From the IMG/VR virus record IMGVR_UViG_3300032303_000488, positions 18,994 to 82,993 of that record: a stretch of 64,000 nt of DNA. One strand, given 5' to 3'. A program made the position numbers and the translations under genes. The notes under the pieces were generated by a model. It saw nothing but the letters and a program-made list of their open reading frames with translations. It was not told the origin of the DNA and did no database searches. The stretch is from a virus. Its lineage: Duplodnaviria > Caudoviricetes. Positions within the stretch are counted from its first letter, which is position 1. Every line of letters starts with the position of its first letter. Of this stretch, positions 30,601-39,336 are shown in pieces.

Positions 30601-33600
30601 TGGAATCAATTTACCAAATAAAGGAATAAGTCTTCCAACAACAGGACCAAGATTTTTAAACATTCCAAGAACACCAGTAACCATAGATGCCATACCAGCA
30701 ATTTGTCCTGCTTCTCCTGGAAGAACCATGGAAGCCATACCAAGACCCATAGATGTTCCAAACATTCTTCCTTGAAATTTTCCTGGGTCCATCTTTGAAA
30801 CATTTACTCCAGCACTAGTAAAGAAATTGTTATATTTAGTTGACATTTTACCAAGACGTGATTTTTGGAATTTTGTTGCTGGGTTGGGACCATACATTGT
30901 TCCAGTCATAGGTGTTTCAGTTTTTGGATAATATGACTGAGTTACAGGGTCATAACCCATATCTGCAATTACTCTTCTATTTGTGTTATTTGGAATAAGT
31001 ATATTCTGTGACTGTGAACCTGCTGGGGTAATAAAAGCACCCTCACTTATTACACGTCTTGCTCCTGTTGCTACTGCACGACCAACTTGTTCTCCAGCAT
31101 TTTCTGCCTGAGAAACACTAGCATCAATTCCCTTGATAGCACCCTTACCAATATTTTGTCCAGACTCTTCTGCAATTTTTGATGGAGATGCTTGCTTAGT
31201 AGCATCTTTTACTCCCTGAACAATTGACTCTTCAGTTTGTGTTTTTATTTGAACACCAACTGATTTTAATGCTGTTTTTGCAGAATTTGAAAGATTTGGA
31301 TTTGCGGCAAGTGCTTCCATGCTTTGATATTTAGGTTCATTAAAATGTCCTAATTGGAAGTCTTTTCCAGATTGTCCAGTCATTCTTTCATATAGTGTTT
31401 TTGCACCTCCACCTAAAGATAAGTATCCACGAACACCAGTGCTACCCAAAGAGTATATTGATTTTCTTGCTCTTTCTAAGAACTTTCCTCCTGCACGTCT
31501 TGGCATAGTTGGCATGCTTCCATAAAAATCTTCTGATAATCCTAAAGTTCTTGATAATGCAAGTTTTTCTGCATCTGTTGTAGCCAATTGTAATGCTTCT
31601 TTTTCTACAAATTTTGCAGCAGATATTCTAGCAAGACGCATTCTTTCTTCTGTATTTTGAATATTTGCAAATGTTGTTTCAAATTCTGAATTTATTTTAT
31701 TTGTAAATACTTTAAAAATATTTTCATATTTAGCATAGATTGGGTCAAATAACCCCTTAGCAACTGATGCTTGACTTGGTTTAATTCCCATTGACTCACC
31801 TATACGGAGTGCACCAAAACTTAATATTTGTGCAGGGTCTCTAATTAGACTTGCATTTTTAGACATGTTTTCTCTTGCATCTTGAAGTCTTAGTCCATAT
31901 TCTGCATATGTTGGAACCTCTCCTGGCTTACCCTGTCTGAATCCAGGAATATTTCCAGATACTAATTGATTTATAAAATGTGGATTTCTTGCTACTACCG
32001 AAGCAGGAATAATGGCTTCACCATTAGATACCTTGGCTAAAATAGAATCACTAGTACCTGTTCCAGGACCAGAAATAATACCACCAGTGGCATATTTTCT
32101 AATAGGTCCTCTAGGTGTGATTGGAACATTAAAACCTCTCTGTGCGGCTACAGAACGCTCATAGGCTGCTGTTAGCATGTCTACTGCTGCCGCTTCGGAT
32201 GTAAATGTTTGCTTTAGTTTAGAGTGAACTTGGTCAAGAGATGATGCGATAGCAGCAGCATTAATTTGTTCCTGAGTCATATAGTTTACTTGTTCACCAA
32301 GACTTAGAGATGATTTACCAGTTTTATTAAAGATATCTTTAACAAGGGCAAAACCCTTAATTACGTTTGCCACAGCATTAGCAATAAGACCAAATGACAT
32401 AAGTAGAACTGGACCAACAATACCAGCAACAGCAACAAACTTAACTATAAATCCTTTAACTCCTTCGCCAAGACCATTAAAGTTTTTTAATACTTCTGAA
32501 CCAAAATTAATTAATGGCGTGATAGCCTTCATAAATTGTTCACCAACAGGTGCTAATTGTGCTTGAAAATCAGCAATAGCCTTTTGAAACTTATATAGCG
32601 GTGATTCTGAAATTTTGTTTAATTCTTTTTGTGATAGCATGGCTAGTTCAAGGCTACTTTGTCCTGCTAACCTTAATACCTCGGATGCTTGGCTACCTTG
32701 AGCAATAACGTTTTTAAACAATGTGGACATACGAGCAAATTGAAATTTACCAAATAGTTGTTCAATTGCTCTTGCTCTATTTAATGGGTCTAGAGTATCT
32801 AATGCTTGAGCAAAATCTACTACTGTTTTCTTTAGGTCACCTTTATCTTTTTCAACAATTCCCTTGATGTTAATACCAAATCCAGAAAGCATTTTGCTTG
32901 CAGTATTAGTAGGATTAATTAAAGATGCTAAACCAGATTTCAGTGCGTTGGCACCTTCTGACGCATTAATACCACCTTCTTTCATTGCTGTTAGGAAGAA
33001 AGCAAGGTCTTTGACATCTCCACCTAGTTGTTGAATAACAGGAGCAGCCTTTGGAATGGCTGTTGTCATATCATCAATATTAAGAACTGTTTGGTTTTCA
33101 ACAGCGTTCAGGAAGTTAATGTTTTTTGCAAGGTCTTTACTAGAGATATTGAAAGCATTAGTTAAAGATATAGTTGTTTGCAAAGCCTTCTGTTGGTCTA
33201 CCCCACCAAGAACTGAAAGTTTTGTAGCACTGTTTACTTGAGCAAGTAGGTCTGCACCTTTTTTACCAGTTGCGGCTGCTGATGCAGCCATATCCATACT
33301 ATCTTTTACTGCTACACCATACTTAGTGTATTCTAAAGCAAGTTGCTTTATTTGCTCAACCATCTTATTTGTTTCAGCAGTGGTTGTTCCTAAATCTCCA
33401 TATACACGCTTAAGTTTAATAGAGGCTTCTTCAATTTGCTGATAGGCTTTCATTGCAGCCCCACCCATAATTGAAAGTGGGATAGTGAAACCAACCATCA
33501 ACTGGCGACCAGCCCATTGGGTATTCTTACCAAAGTTCAATAGGTTTGTTGAACCTTGTTTTAAAAGTTGATTTAATAACTGTTGACGTTGTGCGGCTAT

Positions 33601-34080
33601 CTGTGTTTTTGTTCCAAGATTTTGCATATCAAGTGCAAGTGGTCTAACCTTGATTGCTTGCATTGCACCATTAGCATCACGACCAAGTTTAATATATTGT
33701 GATTGTAGGTCTTTTACTCTTTCACGAGCAACCTTGTTAATGGTTTCAAATTCAGATTTAAATAATTTACTAAATGTTTTAGATGCTCCACCAGCATATC
33801 TAAAATACTCACCCATTGTGAGTTTGTTCTTTTCGAGGGAGTGGGTGAATTGTTCGGCAGTAGTTCTAACCTTAACCATACTTGCACTAAATGCACCAGT
33901 AGAGTTAATTGAGTTTATAAGATTTTGTTGTAAGTTCCTGGAGTCAGCAGCGGACGCTGCCCCCATCTTTGCCATTTGTGTATGGAAGGCTGAGATTTGA
34001 TTTTGAAGTAATCTGATACTGTCCATTGCGGAAGCAGTATCAATATTAATTCTAATATTGGATTGGATATCATCAGCCAT
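24628..34080 (-). CDS. Tape measure protein (3150 aa) with C-terminal cargo cassettes
   Basis: TMP core motifs (TQWAGRQLMVGFT, LTDLAFF-like segment, GANALKSGLASL); follows the tail chaperones; repeated GPGTGTSDSIPAMLSNGE motifs; kinase, LysM and DUF3626-like segments. Confidence 0.93.
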   Translation of the reverse strand: MADDIQSNIRINIDTASAMDSIRLLQNQISAFHTQMAKMGAASAADSRNLQQNLINSINSTGAFSASMVKVRTTAEQFTHSLEKNKLTMGEYFRYAGGASKTFSKLFKSEFETINKVARERVKDLQSQYIKLGRDANGAMQAIKVRPLALDMQNLGTKTQIAAQRQQLLNQLLKQGSTNLLNFGKNTQWAGRQLMVGFTIPLSIMGGAAMKAYQQIEEASIKLKRVYGDLGTTTAETNKMVEQIKQLALEYTKYGVAVKDSMDMAASAAATGKKGADLLAQVNSATKLSVLGGVDQQKALQTTISLTNAFNISSKDLAKNINFLNAVENQTVLNIDDMTTAIPKAAPVIQQLGGDVKDLAFFLTAMKEGGINASEGANALKSGLASLINPTNTASKMLSGFGINIKGIVEKDKGDLKKTVVDFAQALDTLDPLNRARAIEQLFGKFQFARMSTLFKNVIAQGSQASEVLRLAGQSSLELAMLSQKELNKISESPLYKFQKAIADFQAQLAPVGEQFMKAITPLINFGSEVLKNFNGLGEGVKGFIVKFVAVAGIVGPVLLMSFGLIANAVANVIKGFALVKDIFNKTGKSSLSLGEQVNYMTQEQINAAAIASSLDQVHSKLKQTFTSEAAAVDMLTAAYERSVAAQRGFNVPITPRGPIRKYATGGIISGPGTGTSDSILAKVSNGEAIIPASVVARNPHFINQLVSGNIPGFRQGKPGEVPTYAEYGLRLQDARENMSKNASLIRDPAQILSFGALRIGESMGIKPSQASVAKGLFDPIYAKYENIFKVFTNKINSEFETTFANIQNTEERMRLARISAAKFVEKEALQLATTDAEKLALSRTLGLSEDFYGSMPTMPRRAGGKFLERARKSIYSLGSTGVRGYLSLGGGAKTLYERMTGQSGKDFQLGHFNEPKYQSMEALAANPNLSNSAKTALKSVGVQIKTQTEESIVQGVKDATKQASPSKIAEESGQNIGKGAIKGIDASVSQAENAGEQVGRAVATGARRVISEGAFITPAGSQSQNILIPNNTNRRVIADMGYDPVTQSYYPKTETPMTGTMYGPNPATKFQKSRLGKMSTKYNNFFTSAGVNVSKMDPGKFQGRMFGTSMGLGMASMVLPGEAGQIAGMASMVTGVLGMFKNLGPVVGRLIPLFGKLIPYVGLAITAYEAFDKIILPLIKKNADAYSAVTETLKITQDKLTKINDFFGTDIKLTGVRAMQITGSDQTQAQASIAKQFQASDQFKEVYKPQAEKLKSLSDVEVTNALKALAVDLYGQGMEKEQVKAIIDAIKNEAGKEKISISENIFSLNDPKGQAALKQNAQQAAKNFTKEFGGYWSNNGSTIADQITGKGEGFLDTPVFRDQQNLEQLKANAATFGSYLSGLSGQLQTGTISTKTFNIEYEQLIAITNKMPNATGIEFFNAALASLGPEAAKAAEAIKNLTLAEQELVGEAMLKGVTLTQDILNTLEFGGDKQRIQQEKNINNAIKKQDIINSKINEKKKQLTGIQNQTEDIQALEGKINDRYDKRISQIEKLKTLNEQIAKSQQGQLTLAEALNRGDIAAAATAAINIQNNDIQASLDNQKTGLDDARKAEIKPLQDSQAGLSNSVNDLSASIADLTSQLTTNTPVQAGTAPVVEKGLNKKDFNGYLDAGFNITMQQLGGIGDIFNSEFWNNPLQFIANKQKAQLKYLPGYDVVDGKLVPKAAIGGHITGPGSGTSDSIPAMLSNGEYVIRANAVKTIGVNTLDKLNQADRLGFAAGGMVDKFKKKPKPKPYTLDDLAKPITRADDPRWYNYSHNFFEKSLFGYNLGDANKGWYNGRGPSHVKGQRSLVDFKDGTNESASFTSVAGTIKYYKALIESRRLGVPYIDKIAQDNYWTGFIPGRKDLSARNNLIANKMYGNYNGLDKAEAKILASAMSRLWGPDKVAEGFKTLGLNTNLLTKKSMFTDKAQEKAWNSYYTNPNVVNLHPTLSPNTPKYADGGMVRHFKNGGYNGYADGGYIGPRPAPQWDEKGRWVVSHGESYWSTAESTLPGGMEVGSWWSRILKSNIDPETGKERRLYRNSRIWIPGSKEPFPPKSGIPRIFPKKKKPLYTGGGAPISLIENHMYGGNGMGGLLGNMTKLFANGGMVGYAPGGMVKRDTGAPNPFLDPMGWLQGLINGTYAGGGNPSAYLNNTAAKTIKTGAKNTSQFYKDFIFDPTDPIDYAFAAVPGAVKGVGKKAAQAFGFPLVLKTPKKGLKITPTHLLNEAEGATPGAYRIINGEKYYVKRPDTTVETTGEFIGSTIWAKLGLGGPKLQMLNRTTVGSKIIPDLIPSSQGWLRKYINDAPNKVEGANTLAKALRKYIDEALPTNALLGNSDTHGMNILFNKKTKRFENIDLGITSLTAEGQDSVDYLFTKELAQRTSSIVEAMKSSGFNLRQTNDILKKNGLSEISAADFKDAYFFGGFQSSKFTDSLTHKKSLTPQINKIANMLGFDLKKSGLDPINIAAINAKTNPLIQDMIKNNPELAKFMNLTAKTGDMQSGMTGGLRDLFYRLQNASKNPMQKFANGGLVGYKDGGKPKPKPRDPGGLDAYGKWHPSSFFDEPWNNGEWLKIEDPVVRRQRWALAHDDSGLMEFGRTAAYFTPGIGAGMLAGDSATAFGQGDVGGGILNALLAPLGAFGGSLAKFAGKGLGVVGNFLKTGLGIRGGKNALAALGTWADKFYESGVGMVSGTQGIASKVKKLTPTLGFNLSNDALHNMLKDNFYGNMRVPGIRSSTSDSLMNRIAVEQNMMGIPANATSKQTPAYGFLTTKEDMLMTEGSIWNRGKQTPSQQAINNFNQLVNPFSRYVQRYGDNTIKLKPSTLGKATVSMGDSLSIWDQALRLGQRNPGVQKLSSIFSTYPTMHGLLESTQNIMRKEIPGIKTPASFPYIEAHLPGGFTVKDIESIMLNPTDRFGPQAVEKIAADLAERKAALKALLDSLGIKGIGITVNPGKQFIDSVLPSKDSKAPMKNLFGRLFPNRYATGGFVMPNPEPAPTQYANGGMVLNGKFFGGFSRGGMVPSYLAQGGYANGGFAMGTDTVPAMLTPGEFVIKKSAVDRIGSGTLNKINGYADGGLVGGVSAVAGDSVYNSNTYEINVNVSSNSNPDQIANAVMTKIRQIDNGRIRGLNG

Positions 34081-34107
34081 CCATTAACACCTCTTTATTT
34101 ATTTGTA

Positions 34108-34425
34108 TTAGATGAGACCACCGAGGGCGGAATCTCCTAATTTAATGCCAGATGCTTCTTCCACAATTTTGTAGACAGTCGGTAAGTCTAGAAGGTCTTC
34201 TAGTGCCTTAAGGTCTGTTGCAATTTCTGGCTTATACTGCTTAAGAGCGATTTGTACACACTCCATTAGCAAGTTCATTGACTTGTCATTGTCATCAGCA
34301 ACTTTTGAGATTTCATCAAACTTTTTCATAAAATCACGAAGAAGAGAAATCTTTAATGGTCTGATGTCAACAGTTGTTCCATCAATAAGAGTAATTGTCT
34401 TCTCTTCATTAATAGTTGTTGTCAT
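34108..34425 (-). CDS. Tail assembly chaperone, short (G-like)
   Basis: Directly upstream of the TMP; paralogous to the N-terminus of 34465..35187. Confidence 0.75.
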   Translation of the reverse strand: MTTTINEEKTITLIDGTTVDIRPLKISLLRDFMKKFDEISKVADDNDKSMNLLMECVQIALKQYKPEIATDLKALEDLLDLPTVYKIVEEASGIKLGDSALGGLI

Positions 34426-34464
34426 TTGTCCTCCTTATAAGGTCATAAATAAATTATAACATAA

Positions 34465-35187
34465 TTAAGCAATGTCGTTTACAACTTCGTAACCTAATCC
34501 GTGACCAATTCCAAATCCTGCTTGCTGGGCTTTGACTCCTTGTAGGGCTGTAATATCATTTGGATTTCCACTACCGATACCGCTTGCTTTTGCGGCTACC
34601 CTTGCTTTCATGGCTTCCCAGGGGTCCTCTTCTTGCTTGCCACTTGCTTCATCTAAATCAATTCCTTTAAGAGATGCGGTAAATTTTTTATCCTGATACT
34701 CCATCTCTCTTTTTTGCTCAAGGATTGACATTAATTCTGCCAAACATATAGAAGATTCTAGTTCATCATAGTTCTTCCAAATACCTAAAAGAAAAGCCTC
34801 AGATTCTAATTTATTTAAATCTAAATCATCCCATCCAGACTTAGAAGATGACTCTTCATTTACTTGTTTTTGTTCTTCTTGAACTTCATCTGATTCTTCG
34901 CTATCCATCTTAATTCCACCAGCATACTCCACAATTTTGTACATAGTTTTTAAATCAAATGTGTCTTCAAATTTATCTATAGTATCAATTTCTGGATAAA
35001 ACTGTTTCATTGACACAGTGGCGGCTTTTGTAAGAATTTCAACAATTTCATGCTCATCTTTTGCATTTTTTACTAAATTGAATTCTTCCATAAATTGTCT
35101 CATATACTTTATTTTAAGTGGAGATATCTCTATCTGTTTTCCATAGATTGTATAAACATGATTCATATCATATATTTTTGTAGGCAT
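34465..35187 (-). CDS. Tail assembly chaperone, long (GT-like)
   Basis: Between major tail and TMP; G-like N-domain plus a C-terminal extension. Confidence 0.7.
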   Translation of the reverse strand: MPTKIYDMNHVYTIYGKQIEISPLKIKYMRQFMEEFNLVKNAKDEHEIVEILTKAATVSMKQFYPEIDTIDKFEDTFDLKTMYKIVEYAGGIKMDSEESDEVQEEQKQVNEESSSKSGWDDLDLNKLESEAFLLGIWKNYDELESSICLAELMSILEQKREMEYQDKKFTASLKGIDLDEASGKQEEDPWEAMKARVAAKASGIGSGNPNDITALQGVKAQQAGFGIGHGLGYEVVNDIA

Positions 35188-35204
35188 AGTCTATTATACC
35201 AAAA

Positions 35205-35236
35205 GAAACTGCCCCAGGAATCCCTAGGGCAGTCTC
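35205..35236 (-). terminator. Intrinsic terminator after the major tail gene
   Basis: gagactgccc...gggcagtttc followed by tttt on the minus strand. Confidence 0.7.
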
Positions 35237-35261
35237 ATCAGTATTAAGTTGTTATTTAGTT

Positions 35262-35984
35262 TTAGTAACTACGGTCAACAATCTTTCCATACGCACCATT
35301 TGAGTCTGGTAGTAGACGGAATTCAACGTCAAACATAGTTGCAGAATCACGCTTTGCAGAAACTGTTACGTTTTGAACCGAAACAGCCTTGTAAGCAATG
35401 TAGATACGCTCGTGATTATCTGTTGTTAGTGTTGCACCTTCTGGGGCTGCACCAACAGCAATAATTCCACGCTCTACTGGATATTCTCCTAGGTTACCAG
35501 AAACGATATCGATGTATCCGCTGTCATTGTTTGCAACACCAGTAACTGCTCCAGTTGTTGTTGGAGGAGTTGATAGACCAGTGTCTGACCATGTAGGGAT
35601 TACTGTTGCATTCCCAGTTGTAGCATACTTCTGAGTAATTGCCATCAATAAGTTTTCTAGAGTTCCTTCTGCTAGAGAAGTTTTCATTGTTACTGTCATT
35701 CCAGACTTGAACAGACGTGCTGTGTCTAGAAGTTGGTCAACCTGAACGTCTCCAAATGTTGGTGTAAATGTTAGGTCTAGACCGTTTCCAGTATATCCAA
35801 CATTTCTTACCAAAGAGTCGTAGCGGTTGCTCAAAGTCTGCTTGTAAGATTCTCCAGTAACTGTTTTTGGAAGACTGTTTGTTACTGAATCTCCAATTGC
35901 ACCTGCTGTTCTTGAAACGAACAATGCTGCGGCACCAACTACGATATTGCTAGATGTACCTCTTGTATAATTTGCATTTGCCAT
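35262..35984 (-). CDS. Major tail protein
   Basis: NIVVGAAALF, VGYT.NGL, VDQLLD..LFK, FDVEFRLLPD; canonical position. Confidence 0.85.
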   Translation of the reverse strand: MANANYTRGTSSNIVVGAAALFVSRTAGAIGDSVTNSLPKTVTGESYKQTLSNRYDSLVRNVGYTGNGLDLTFTPTFGDVQVDQLLDTARLFKSGMTVTMKTSLAEGTLENLLMAITQKYATTGNATVIPTWSDTGLSTPPTTTGAVTGVANNDSGYIDIVSGNLGEYPVERGIIAVGAAPEGATLTTDNHERIYIAYKAVSVQNVTVSAKRDSATMFDVEFRLLPDSNGAYGKIVDRSY

Positions 35985-36055
35985 ATTTTTTTCACCTCTT
36001 TTTCTTTTAAAAAATATATGGGCTTGTGTTTCCTCTATATAATTATAACAGCCTT

Positions 36056-36580
36056 TTATGGTTGTTCTAATAAATGATAATCATAGTAAATAATGATTTT
36101 ATTGCCAGCATAAGTCCTTGCGGTTCCAAAGTTAACAATATCTCTAGTTTCTTGTAGTTGAAATACCTTGAAATAATGAAACTTAAAATTTGGTTGAAGG
36201 ATTTCATTTTCAACAAATAACTGCCCTTTTTGTAGGCACCATTTATTAATCTCTTCTGCTGTTTCATCTTCACGGTCCATAAGTCTTAGCGTTTGCTCAG
36301 TTACTTTTACCATATTTACTACAGAATTTTCAGCAGTAGCATAAAAATAATAAAGGACTTGTTCACATTTAACATGTGGAAATGGATTTCTTCGCATTCT
36401 AATCATGCGGTCGTATGTTGCCATAACTCCGCTTGTTGGAAAATATTCTGTTAAATCATTTAGAGTAGATGGCACCGAAGGAAAGAATGGCATTGTTTCA
36501 AAGCCCAATCCTTCTAATTTTTCTTGAAGATAAGCGTTTACCCACAATACTGGGGTATTTAAAATTGATGTTTTAGACAC
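36056..36580 (-). CDS. Tail terminator / neck protein
   Basis: Directly upstream of the major tail gene. Confidence 0.6.
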   Translation of the reverse strand: MSKTSILNTPVLWVNAYLQEKLEGLGFETMPFFPSVPSTLNDLTEYFPTSGVMATYDRMIRMRRNPFPHVKCEQVLYYFYATAENSVVNMVKVTEQTLRLMDREDETAEEINKWCLQKGQLFVENEILQPNFKFHYFKVFQLQETRDIVNFGTARTYAGNKIIIYYDYHLLEQP

Positions 36581-37253
36581 TTAAATCACCTGCCTTTGCA
36601 ATCCAATTATACCCTACTTCAATACCTTTTGCTTTACCTCCAGTTTTACCAGCCTTAAAATTATCTTTATATGCTTTAGCATTACTGAGATGTTGAGTTA
36701 TTCCTGTTAGGTCTAAAACAGATTGCCTAAAGTGTTCTTTAAAAAATAAATCAAATAGACGTTCAAACGAACCCATGACGTGAGTACCACCTGGATGTTC
36801 TATTGTTACTGCATTTGGCGTAAAAACTTGTTCCCCATCTACATTAAACGTAAGAACACTTGCATTTGTAGGTGATATGGTTACTGGCAATCCTCTTTCC
36901 ATAATTTTTGCTTTGTCATAAAATGGTTGATTAGAACCATTACTAACACTAATAGATTGAGTAAAAGTACCATTAAAAGAAATCCCCCCCTCACGAACTA
37001 TATAATTTATATCAAATAGTCTTGCTCCAGGATTACCAACCTGATACCATTCATATATGTGATGATACATTTGTTGGTCTACCCTGGCTTGCTGGTCAAC
37101 AAAGTTTTTAAATATTTCTACAGCACTATTAGCGACACCATCCGAAAGTTTTTTATTACCTAATACTGCACCCTGAAGAAAACCTTCTGAATATCCTGTT
37201 ATATTCATTAAATCTTTAAAAAATATTTTATCATCAAATTTTATAGATATCAT
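36573..37253 (-). CDS. Neck / tail-completion protein
   Basis: Position in the neck cluster. Confidence 0.55.
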   Translation of the reverse strand: MISIKFDDKIFFKDLMNITGYSEGFLQGAVLGNKKLSDGVANSAVEIFKNFVDQQARVDQQMYHHIYEWYQVGNPGARLFDINYIVREGGISFNGTFTQSISVSNGSNQPFYDKAKIMERGLPVTISPTNASVLTFNVDGEQVFTPNAVTIEHPGGTHVMGSFERLFDLFFKEHFRQSVLDLTGITQHLSNAKAYKDNFKAGKTGGKAKGIEVGYNWIAKAGDLSV

Positions 37254-37693
37254 AGGTCTGCCGCCTGGTTTTCAGAACGTCTAACTAAAACTTTGTAGTA
37301 TTCAACCATTCCAAATGGTCCAACAACTGGATTAAGGGATGCAATTTCAAATACTGTAGATTTCCCTTTTCTAATACCAGAAGACTCATTATAAATAAAA
37401 TTACCAGACTTATCTCTAATATTAGCAATAATAATATTGGTAATAGAATATGAATCATTAGAACTTGCGGTTAAATCATTTCTAACTCTACCAATAAGCA
37501 AATTATCTAATTCAAGTTTATTTTCTGAATTTACGTCTTGCTTAGTTTTTCTTCCTGCTGGATTAAAGAAACATGCAATTGTTCTATCTAGAACCCATGT
37601 CTTTTTTGTATTTCCATAACCACCTGTTTCTACAATAGGATAGTAAATATCAGCAAGTAGTGGGTATGTAAAATCTGTAGTTTCGCATATCAT
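37250..37693 (-). CDS. Head-closure (stopper) protein
   Basis: Follows the adaptor; beta-rich, 147 aa. Confidence 0.6.
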   Translation of the reverse strand: MICETTDFTYPLLADIYYPIVETGGYGNTKKTWVLDRTIACFFNPAGRKTKQDVNSENKLELDNLLIGRVRNDLTASSNDSYSITNIIIANIRDKSGNFIYNESSGIRKGKSTVFEIASLNPVVGPFGMVEYYKVLVRRSENQAADL

Positions 37694-38850
37694 TATAGTA
37701 TTGCTGGCTTGAATACATTACCCTTATAGTTGTTAAGAATCTTATCAACAAGCATATTGCCAGTTCCCTCCAAAAATTGTGGAGCAAATTTAATATCAAA
37801 TTGGTCTGTACTATACTGTGTAACAAATCGTTTGTAGTAGTCATTTGTTCCGCATTTTAGTTCTTCAATAAGGATTGTTGCAGCCCTTTCTACATCTGGC
37901 GGAATAGTTTTATATCCAGCATCCAGGATAAAAGTATAGTCAAATCCTTCTGTAAAAGCAACATATCCATTTCTTGCTCCAGAATATACCCCAAGGTCTC
38001 CAGATGCCACTGGGAGTCTTAGTGGTGTTGATTCATTTCTATTGTATATTCCGTTTGCCTCTACTCTAGCAATGGCAGAATTGTCTAACAATGTCTTGTA
38101 TTCGTATTCCCAGGTTCTAAGAACTGTTCCTGCAGTAGAGATGTTTCCTGTTGTTGAGTTTGCAAAACTAAAAGATGTAGTTGTTGGAACTGCTGTAATA
38201 GTGAACATGCCACGATATCCTGTTGGAATAACTGTAGAGATAGTTACTACGTCTCCAACTTCGTATCCGTGAGCAATGGCGGTAGTTAGGGTTACAGTTC
38301 CAGATGATATTGTTGGAGTTTGTGTTGCAATGGTAATAGCAACATCTTCTCCATTATAAATAAGAACATTGTTCTCATATACTTTTAAAACTTTATTGAC
38401 ATTATGCCAAATTGGAAAGTAGTCTCCGCCCTGTCCTTCTTTTATAATGACTAATTTGTGATTATAAAAAGCATCTCCGTTTGCAGAATGGTCTAAAATG
38501 TAACCATCCATAATTGACCTTGCAATAATTTCCCATTTTTTATACTCGGCAATTTCATCTATAGTTGTTGCTAAAATATTTGGATTAACATATGGACGAT
38601 AAATGCTTAGGTTATCATCTACAACAACTTCCCCACTTGAGTCAGTTACTTTAAACAAAAACTCACGGTCAAACTGTATTTTTGAGCGTGGCAAAACATA
38701 TGATACTTGCTTATTTGCATCTGACGTAAGTGTTGATGTTTCATATGAGTGGTCCACCAAATCCTCTACATAAACAGAATATGCAGTATTTGCTGCTGGC
38801 ACATCCCACTTAGTTGTAATTGGATATGGCGGAACCCTCAAGACTTCCAT
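37693..38850 (-). CDS. Head-to-tail adaptor with an inserted beta module
   Basis: C-terminal GYKTIPPDVERAATILI...GNMLVDKILNNY is typical of adaptors. Confidence 0.7.
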   Translation of the reverse strand: MEVLRVPPYPITTKWDVPAANTAYSVYVEDLVDHSYETSTLTSDANKQVSYVLPRSKIQFDREFLFKVTDSSGEVVVDDNLSIYRPYVNPNILATTIDEIAEYKKWEIIARSIMDGYILDHSANGDAFYNHKLVIIKEGQGGDYFPIWHNVNKVLKVYENNVLIYNGEDVAITIATQTPTISSGTVTLTTAIAHGYEVGDVVTISTVIPTGYRGMFTITAVPTTTSFSFANSTTGNISTAGTVLRTWEYEYKTLLDNSAIARVEANGIYNRNESTPLRLPVASGDLGVYSGARNGYVAFTEGFDYTFILDAGYKTIPPDVERAATILIEELKCGTNDYYKRFVTQYSTDQFDIKFAPQFLEGTGNMLVDKILNNYKGNVFKPAIL

Positions 38851-39234
38851 TTAGGCAAATGCCTCCGCCACTTCTTCTGGAGTGCATAGGCGAACGCCTT
38901 TTTGTGCTACCCAAAAGTCTACATACCTTTTTGGAACGATGTTGTAACCAACATTAATCTTTCCAAAGCCGTCTGCATATACGTTGCGTGTTGAAAATAG
39001 TGCAACTTTTGTTGTTGCTGAATCTACTACAACTTCTTTCTTTTCTACCTTTGCTTTTTCAGCATTTGTAGTTGTTGAACCCATTACGCCATCTGCATTG
39101 AATCCCAATGTAGGAACGTCTTTCTTAGATTCTGGTGTTACAATAACCTTTTCCTCAACTACTTCTACTACTGTTTCTGCAACTGCATCTTCAATAATAG
39201 GTTTTGAGATAGGTGTGTTTTTTATTTCAGCCAT
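38851..39234 (-). CDS. Hypothetical protein downstream of the capsid gene
   Basis: 127 aa; AAGGAGG SD; acidic N-terminus. Confidence 0.7.
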   Translation of the reverse strand: MAEIKNTPISKPIIEDAVAETVVEVVEEKVIVTPESKKDVPTLGFNADGVMGSTTTNAEKAKVEKKEVVVDSATTKVALFSTRNVYADGFGKINVGYNIVPKRYVDFWVAQKGVRLCTPEEVAEAFA

Positions 39235-39283
39235 GATAAATCCTCCTTAGATTTATTTTAATTATACCAGATAAATATAGAAA

Positions 39284-39311
39284 GGGGGTAGAGAAATTAA
39301 TCCCTACCCCC
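39284..39311 (-). terminator. Intrinsic terminator after the major capsid gene
   Basis: gggggtag / ctaccccc inverted repeat, then tttct on the minus strand. Confidence 0.7.
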
Positions 39312-39336
39312 ATTCAAGTGTAACACTAAACAGAGA

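Noticed and set aside
34425-34470. Programmed -1 frameshift joining the tail chaperones
   Set aside because: The genes are separated by a stop, a spacer and a promoter; the long form is upstream; and the two are paralogues rather than G and T halves.
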